Position numbers and translations under genes: made by a program. 43,193 nt of DNA, from positions 1 to 43,193 of the forward strand of contig RDEW01000127.1 in NCBI GenBank assembly GCA_011109175.1, written 5' to 3'. Shown piece by piece: positions 36,678-43,193 of the stretch. Origin of the DNA: Dicyema japonicum (lineage: Eukaryota > Animalia > Dicyemida). The first letter of the stretch is position 1. Every line of letters starts with the position of its first letter. Under the pieces are notes generated by a model. That model was not told the origin of the DNA and ran no database searches. It saw nothing but the letters and a program-made list of their open reading frames with translations.

Positions 36678-37027
36678 GNATAAGCAATTAAAATAATTAG
36701 TGATGAGATAATATGGTTAGAAGAATATTTGGTTGTTAGTCTCTAATATTTTACTATGAGAAGTTTGAATCCAGTCAGACACACAACTTAGAGAAACCTG
36801 ACGATAGGTTTATGATGGTTAATTATTATGTTTTTTTTCAGTGTATAAGTTAAATAGCACCTAGCTTCCACATTGCCATCAAGGATATCTTTTTTAAAAT
36901 TAGGAATCTATTCGATATGTTTGGTTTATTAATATATATTGGGAAATTGACTTTTTATTGTGATTCGTAATAATTTACTAAATTTCGTTTGTGAATTTTG
37001 CATTCTATTGCAATTAAGCAAATTTGT

Positions 37028-37203
37028 CAAGTTCACTGCATTTTTCTAGGAGCAACGTTGTAAAATACAGATTTAAATATTAGAGTGCTCCTTTTTTGAC
37101 ACATTTTACTTTTCCCAAGTTCACTGCATTTTTCTAGGAGCAACGTTGTAAAATACAGATTTAAATATTAGAGTGCTCCTTTTTTGACACATTTTACTTT
37201 TCC
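37028..37203. repeat. Exact 88-bp tandem duplication
   Basis: caagttcactgc starts at 37028 and 37116. Confidence 0.95.
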
Positions 37204-37328
37204 ACCTATTTCAAACAATAAATATGGATACTCAAATAAGCACTCAGTAAGCTAAATTTATTATTTTCCTAGGACAAAGTCAAGTACTTATCAACACACA
37301 TAAAGACGATAAAAATTAAATTTCCCTC

Positions 37329-37965
37329 CTAAATATCAAATCTTGTGGACAAAATATAATCAATAATACAATCTGTCGGTTCAGTGGGAATATCCTCAAA
37401 AATTTGTTCATTAAAGGCTAAAGAAAAAGTCCTCGGCCTAATTACGCCTTTCCATGAATTCAAATACCTATCATAATATCCTCGACCTCTCCCCATTCGC
37501 TTACCGCATATAGTAAAGGCAACCCCGGGTACTACAAGGACATCCAAACCTTCTAGTATAAAGCTCACTCAAACCGGAGTCTTCAGCCTCGACTTTGTTT
37601 TCGACTTGTTCATGCTGAAAAAATTTCATTGAACTTTTTCTTAGTGAAGCAAAGTCACTCACTCCATCCAATCTGAGCATCCTCATGGGCCCAATTTCTG
37701 GGCAATAAGGAATGAAGCAGCTCTTGTTATCTCTGAAGGCTGAAGTGATGATTTTATTGGTTGAGACTTCGCTTGGGATGCTCACGTAGAAACCAATATT
37801 CTTGGAGTCCTTGTATAGTTGGGTTTGTAAGAACTAAATTGGATACAGATTTCGGCTTACTTTCTCTTGGACTATATCTGACTGACGTTGTCGTTCGCCC
37901 TTGCTTAGTTTTGCTATGATGTTTAGAGCTTCACGTCTGAAATCAGTTTTAGATAGAGACTGCAT
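37329..37965 (-). CDS. MTHFS: 5-formyltetrahydrofolate cyclo-ligase, 195 aa; exons 37965-37861, 37833-37575, 37552-37329
   Basis: Removing GT-AG introns of 27 nt (37834-37860) and 22 nt (37553-37574) gives an uninterrupted 588-nt CDS with IGFYVSIPSEV, KSCFIP, GLDVLVVPGVAF, RMGRGRGYYDRYL, LAFNEQI. Confidence 0.92.
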
Positions 37966-38221
37966 AACATAACCGCAAATAAACTTAAAATTTTATTTAT
38001 TTTTTAATATGGTTGGCTTAATTATATTAAAAAGAATTATTACTAATATTATAAAATAAGGCTAAGGAACTATTGACTTATTTAAATCAAAATGAAGTGT
38101 AGAATGCGCTCAGTGTAGAATGACATCAAAAAGAACCATTTGCTCTTCCCCACCCAGACTCCTTATGCCTGGATGGTATACCTCAACTGACAACTCGAGA
38201 TGTTGTTTGTTCCCCTGGATT

Positions 38222-38260
38222 CTATTGCTTTCTGGAGATATTGAACAAAACCCTGGACCA
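38222..38260 (+). other. 2A-like (StopGo) ribosomal skipping motif LLLSGDIEQNPGP
   Basis: Exact fit to D(V/I)ExNPG-P, in frame and immediately before the APE start FMQLNANG. Confidence 0.85.
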
Positions 38261-38264
38261 AAAC

Positions 38265-38446
38265 CTTTTGTTTTTATGCAACTCAATGCTAACGGTATAA
38301 AAACAAAGATTCTGGAGTCACGATGTCTATCATCAAAGCACAAGATTGACATTTCCCTTTGTTTTTATGCAACTCAATGCTAACGGTATAAAAACAAAGA
38401 TTCTGGAGTCACGATGTTTATTATCGAAGCACAAGATTGACATTTC
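38265..38446. repeat. 91-bp tandem duplication that frameshifts the APE ORF
   Basis: gtttttatgcaactc starts at 38270 and 38361; copies differ at a few sites. Confidence 0.93.
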
Positions 38447-41019
38447 CCTTATCCAGGAGTCAAAACTTTCTACAAAGAGTACAACCCCACTTTTTCCTAG
38501 ATATATCTCTATCAGAAAAGACCGTATCGGACGTGGTGGCGGCTTACTTACCACTATTAAAGACGGTTTATCTTTCTACGATGTGAGCTCGCAAGTGGAT
38601 GATTTAATTCTACACCACAGGACCGCGGAACAAATTTCTATTGATCCTATTAATGGATCAGAACATCTATTTCTAATCAACATTTACATACCACCGCCGG
38701 ATCTCTAATAACTATGTTCCGAAGCTTGACAAACTACAAGAAATTCGAATTGTGTTACTATGTGGGGATTTCAACACCAAACATCCGCAATGGCTCAATA
38801 TCCAGTCGGCAGACAAGAAGGGGAGTCTAATTATCGACTCTCGAAAAAATGGTGATTCTGAATCACCCGAACATCTTTACAAGGACACCAGTCCAAAGAA
38901 ATGACAACCCAACCTTTCCGACATATCCATTGCTTCCTTTAGGATTTCCCGAAGATTTCATGGAACGTCTCCTACGATTTTCATAGTGATCATAATCCGA
39001 TTATATTAAAACTGAGCCGATTCAATAACTCACATAGAATTAAAGCAACCTTCAAGGTCTACAAGAAAGCTGACTAGTCGAATTTCAAGCTCTTCGTTGA
39101 CCATAACCTAATACATTTTGATCCCACCTCATTTTGCTCCATCGACAAAGCAGTGGACCATCTAAACCATGTAATCCTTCAAGCTGAAAAATTGTTTGTA
39201 CCACGTGCAGTTTAAAAATCTTACAAGCCTACTCTGGACTCGGAGACTTGTCAAACAAAGAAACTCCCTGAAGATGAATAATCTGCAAACCTGATTTGGA
39301 AAATATAAAATGCTTATATCAGATAATTACAAAACTAATCAGAGAAAAGAAAGATGTGGCGTGGAACCGCCTATTATCATCTGTTGGACATATAAAATCC
39401 ACGAGTCTTTTATGGAAAACTATTCTTCAAATCAATTCAAACTTATCAGATGTATAGAATCTTTTTCTGCTCCAAATACTGTGCAAGCTAACAACCCAAT
39501 GAAATATTACGCATCCATGAGTCACATGGACCTCTCGAAATCCCATTCTTGTCACCTTCAGAATTTAATCAATTTTTAATTTGTATTCTAACAAGAACGT
39601 CATCCCATGCAAATGGAAGAACTCATTTATAATACCCCTCCTAAAACTAGGAAAACCGAAAACCTTACCTTCTTCCTACCGTCCAATTTCATTAACTGTT
39701 CATTATCGCGCCTAATGGAGAATCTCGTTCTCTGGAAAATTAATCCCTATTTGCCCGACTGTCACTTTCAACATGGTTTCAGATATGAGCGTTCAACTAC
39801 GACACATTTGACTTTACTGTCTCAATTTATATCAGAAGGGTTCAACGAACTGAAACGCCATTTACGGACAATAGTGGTCTCCCTGGACATTTAAAAGGCG
39901 TTCGATTCTGTCCAGAGAACATTACTCACGAAAAAGGTTTTTGACACTACCATTCAGCCGGCTTTGAAAAGATTTTCTCTCCGGAAGAAAAGACGTGTCT
40001 GTATAGGCCACGCAAGATCGAGGTCCCGTCTCCTACCAAATGGCGTCCCTCGAGGATCCCCCTCTCTCCGGCGTTATTAAATTTATTCCTAAACGATTTA
40101 CCCTGCCCTGGAGGACCAGATTCAATGCTTCTCACTTATGCTGACGACCTAGTCATCGCTAGCAAGAACAAATACGTGGGTATAGCAAAATCAGAGCTTC
40201 AGTCACATATTGACGACCTGGGAGCCTGGTTGAATTTGAATCGTCTCTCCATATCCAGGGATAAATCAACGTATACAATTTTCACCACAGACGAAAAAGA
40301 AATTCATACACTGGATTTGAACATTTATAGACTCTTTAACATTACAAATTCATCCAACTATTCTGGGAGTGACTTTCGACCCTTTGATGACAATTTCTCA
40401 ACATGTGAAGAACGTCATGACAAAGGGTCTCAAGAAACTAAGTATAATCAAACCGCTCTCAAGTCCAGGCCGTCACGGGAATGCGCTGTCTTCTTGTTCA
40501 ATCAACTTCTAAAACCGACGGTAGAGTATGCTTGTGCCTCATGGGCCTATGGAGCTTCAATATCTAATTCATACAAGATCAACTCCCTAGCAGGCAAACT
40601 TTCACGTCTAACAAATTTACCCCCGATCTTTTTCCCCCAATGGTTGACTACGCCGCAATCAAAAATAACGGCTCCAGCTTCATCTGTCTGTATGGTCAAA
40701 AAACAAATCGTTTCTTCCATTCAAGGCTAGAGGCCTCAAATACACGAAACTTGGGGAAAAAAAACCCACCCCTCTTCAAACTCTAATGAAATCTGATCGT
40801 CATCTATTCAGGAAAGCCGTACTCTGAAGGAACATAGGAAAAACCTCTCGATCCTGTTGAGGCGTACCGGGATCACTTTATTAGTTGGTTTACTCCTTTT
40901 TTCTTAGTGTTCCCTTTTCGGGGTTATTAAATAAATAAAAATCAAAACGAAGTACTATGTGAATATTATTCATAAAGCATTTTCAAAACACCTGGATGTT
41001 CATTCTGGCAATGGTTGAA

Positions 41020-42080
41020 GGAATAAATGTCCCGACATTACTATCTTCAACCCTTCAATGGTGCAATCAGTAATTAGGAAAATGAATAACTCGTCTCCCC
41101 GCGGTTCAGATGACATCTCTATTCTCGAACTGAATCACCTGGGTCTTTCCGCGACAGCCGCAATGACATAAATTTTCAACTTCTCAATTAACGAGAACAA
41201 GATTCCGTCAATATAAGAGAAATCTCTGATACACCCTGTCCTGAAGAAAAACAAACCATCAAACTGCCTGTCCTCCTACCGACCGGTATCCATCATCTGC
41301 GCCTTATCACGAGTGTTAGAAAAACTGGTCCTTCTCAAGATGCGTCCTTTCATAACTCTACCATCTTTTCAACATGGATTCCGCGAAGGACACTCAACAA
41401 CAACTCATCTAACAAAACTGGTTAAATTAATCTTGGACGGCCTGAATACCCCAAATCCACACGAGAATCGTGCTGGTCTCAGTGGATGTGGAGAAGGCTT
41501 TTGACTCAATATCCTTGAAGATCCTTACAGCAAAAATTTTTACGACGTCGATCTACCCTAAGTTCAAATCATGTTTGGCTAACTTCATCAACGGTCAAAT
41601 GGGCCAAGTAGTGGCAAACAACCAAAAATCAAAACAGCGATACTTTCCAAATGGAGTTCCACAAGGATTCTTCTATCGTATACGGATGATCTAGTGGTCG
41701 CAGTGAAACATTGAAGAATCGAGGAGGCGACACGATCCATGCAAGACCTACTAAACCAGAAGTGTTTTTGGTTCCTGAAGAACCGTCCGAATATATCAAC
41801 AGAAAATTCACATGTAATGACGTTCACCTCAGCACGAAAATAATTACGGGCAGCACCACGAGTAACATTATATGACTCCCCGCTTCCCATTAAAAAAACC
41901 TTTTAAATCCTTGGAGTCATCCTGGATCCTCTACTCACATTTACCTATCAAGTGGACCTAGTAACCGCGAGAATCCAAAAGAAAATTGGAATCCTCAAAT
42001 CGTTCACTCACTCTCCAGTATCTTTAGAGCTTATATACAAACAATTTGTTCTACCTAGAATCGAGTAAGCCTGTGCTGCA
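41020..42080 (+). mobile_element. Second decayed Ingi/Vingi-like RT segment with deletion after the QG box
   Basis: SYRPVSI, FQHGFREGHSTTTHL, VDVEKAFDSI, GVPQG joined almost directly to YTDDLV, LGVILDP, YKQFVLPRIE*AC. Confidence 0.85.
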
Positions 42081-42384
42081 GTTCAAAAAATATTTTTTCA
42101 CTGAAAAAGTATTAAAAATATTGTCTTTAATTCTAGACCCTCTGTTATTAACAATATTTTGTGGGTTAAATTTTGGTCAAAGATTTCTGTTCCTTATCAT
42201 CCCTTGTATCAGTAGAATAGCATAATGTGATAAACATGCAAGGGCTGCTAGAAAAAGGAGCATTTGGTATTCTCTATTCAACAAGGATTCCCATGAGTAC
42301 AAAGTAAAGATAGAATCTTTCCTTTCGCTGGTGCAAATTGGGATTGTGAGATATTAGAAGATCATCGCGTCTGTGACAGTAGGA

Positions 42385-42435
42385 ACTGAATACAATTAAT
42401 TATTAACTTCTTTCTCGGTGATCCGAGGGTTTTAA
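42385..42435 (+). repeat. Detached 3'-end motif of the Ingi/Vingi-like family
   Basis: ttaacttctttctcggtgatccgagggtt resembles ttaacttttttctcggtgtatccggggtt (SINE 3' end) and the 29640-29675 end. Confidence 0.45.
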
Positions 42436-43193
42436 TTCGACTCATCAACTTTGATTTCTAATTTTATATTTTAGCAGTTTAATTTTGTTCAAACTCATAA
42501 AGATGGAAAATGAGATAACACTGAATTAGAATTACGTCACATGATCGCATCAAACAAATTGAGGTTAGATGTGTCACTATTATTACCTTCTCTTAAGAAA
42601 ATTATCTTTATTACAATTCACAAATGATGATTATTGTCCTGGAACATTCCGAAGTTGTCCCAAACATACATGATTAAGTAAAAATAACTTACATCAAATC
42701 AGACATATTGAATAAATCTATAAGGAGTTTGTCCCTAAACACAAACATGGAATCAAAATTACTGATGAAAGTCACCAATGTGTACTTGTGCAACTGACGT
42801 GTGGTAGCATGAAACACATCCTAGATTGGAAAAGGATTCGGAAAGAAACGAGACGACTCACTTGAATATAGAGAAATGGGAATAGGATGAGTGGGCTTAT
42901 AGTTTTTGAAAGTCTCTGTCCTTGTAACAAAGGTAAAGAAAGTGACCAAAGCGTTTATTATCGAATCCAATCAGATAACTATTAGAGAATATTATTAAGG
43001 AAATCAAAAGATAATGTAAACAGAATTTCACGAAAATGTAAATAATAAAACCACCATAACTAATTCTATAAAAAACTATAACTTACGATCTCTGAATGAT
43101 TCTGTTGCATGTATTATTGAAATGTACTCAAAAATAGAAAAATTATAATTTTTAAGAAAATAATAAAAACATAAAACAAATTGGTGACTTACA

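Larger units (their letters stand above)
38099..40938 (+). mobile_element. Near full-length (2.84 kb) Ingi/Vingi-like LINE: partial 5' fold, 2A-like peptide, APE, RT, (TAAA)n tail, 15-bp TSD; frameshifted
   Basis: TSD aaatcaaaatgaagt (38084-38098) / aaatcaaaacgaagt (40939-40953). APE: QLNANG, IQESK, RGGGL, NIYIPP, GDFN, SDHNP. RT: FQHGF, LDI*KAFDSV, GSPLSPALLN, TYADDL. No RNase H seen. Confidence 0.85.

Noticed and set aside
42770-42820. CTGATGA..GAAAC spacing suggesting a hammerhead ribozyme
   Set aside because: Stem II cannot form beyond one pair and no stems I or III were found.
846-43193. Most short ORFs in the supplied six-frame track
   Set aside because: They are antisense or off-frame shadows of transposon remnants, or low-complexity AT-rich ORFs with no recognisable motifs.
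1-43193. Alternative genetic code or readthrough to explain the many in-frame stops
   Set aside because: Stops are of mixed types and come with frameshifts, while MTHFS is intact under the standard code; ordinary decay explains them.

Overview
AT-rich eukaryotic scaffold (one 110-N gap, two single Ns) from an organism with ultra-short 22-27 nt GT-AG introns, most consistent with a reduced parasitic animal such as a myxozoan or dicyemid (inference). It holds one apparently intact gene (MTHFS, minus strand, two tiny introns) and intron-retaining decayed copies of SLU7 and RBM28/NOP4, plus an LRR pseudogene. The rest is a dense graveyard of transposons: R4/Dong-like and CRE-like RLE retroelements, RTE, Ingi/Vingi-like APE retroelements, a gag/APE LINE 5' end, and hAT and IS630/Tc1 remnants. 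The most notable system is an Ingi/Vingi-like LINE (38099-40938, 15-bp TSD, 2A-like DIEQNPGP peptide before the APE domain) with short internally deleted SINE-like partners (9454-9785, also a 15-bp TSD). They share a ~60-nt 5' RNA element with HDV-ribozyme-like double-pseudoknot topology, supported by compensatory changes between copies but with a non-canonical core. All calls are from reading and hand translation; no database searches were run and boundaries of decayed elements are approximate.
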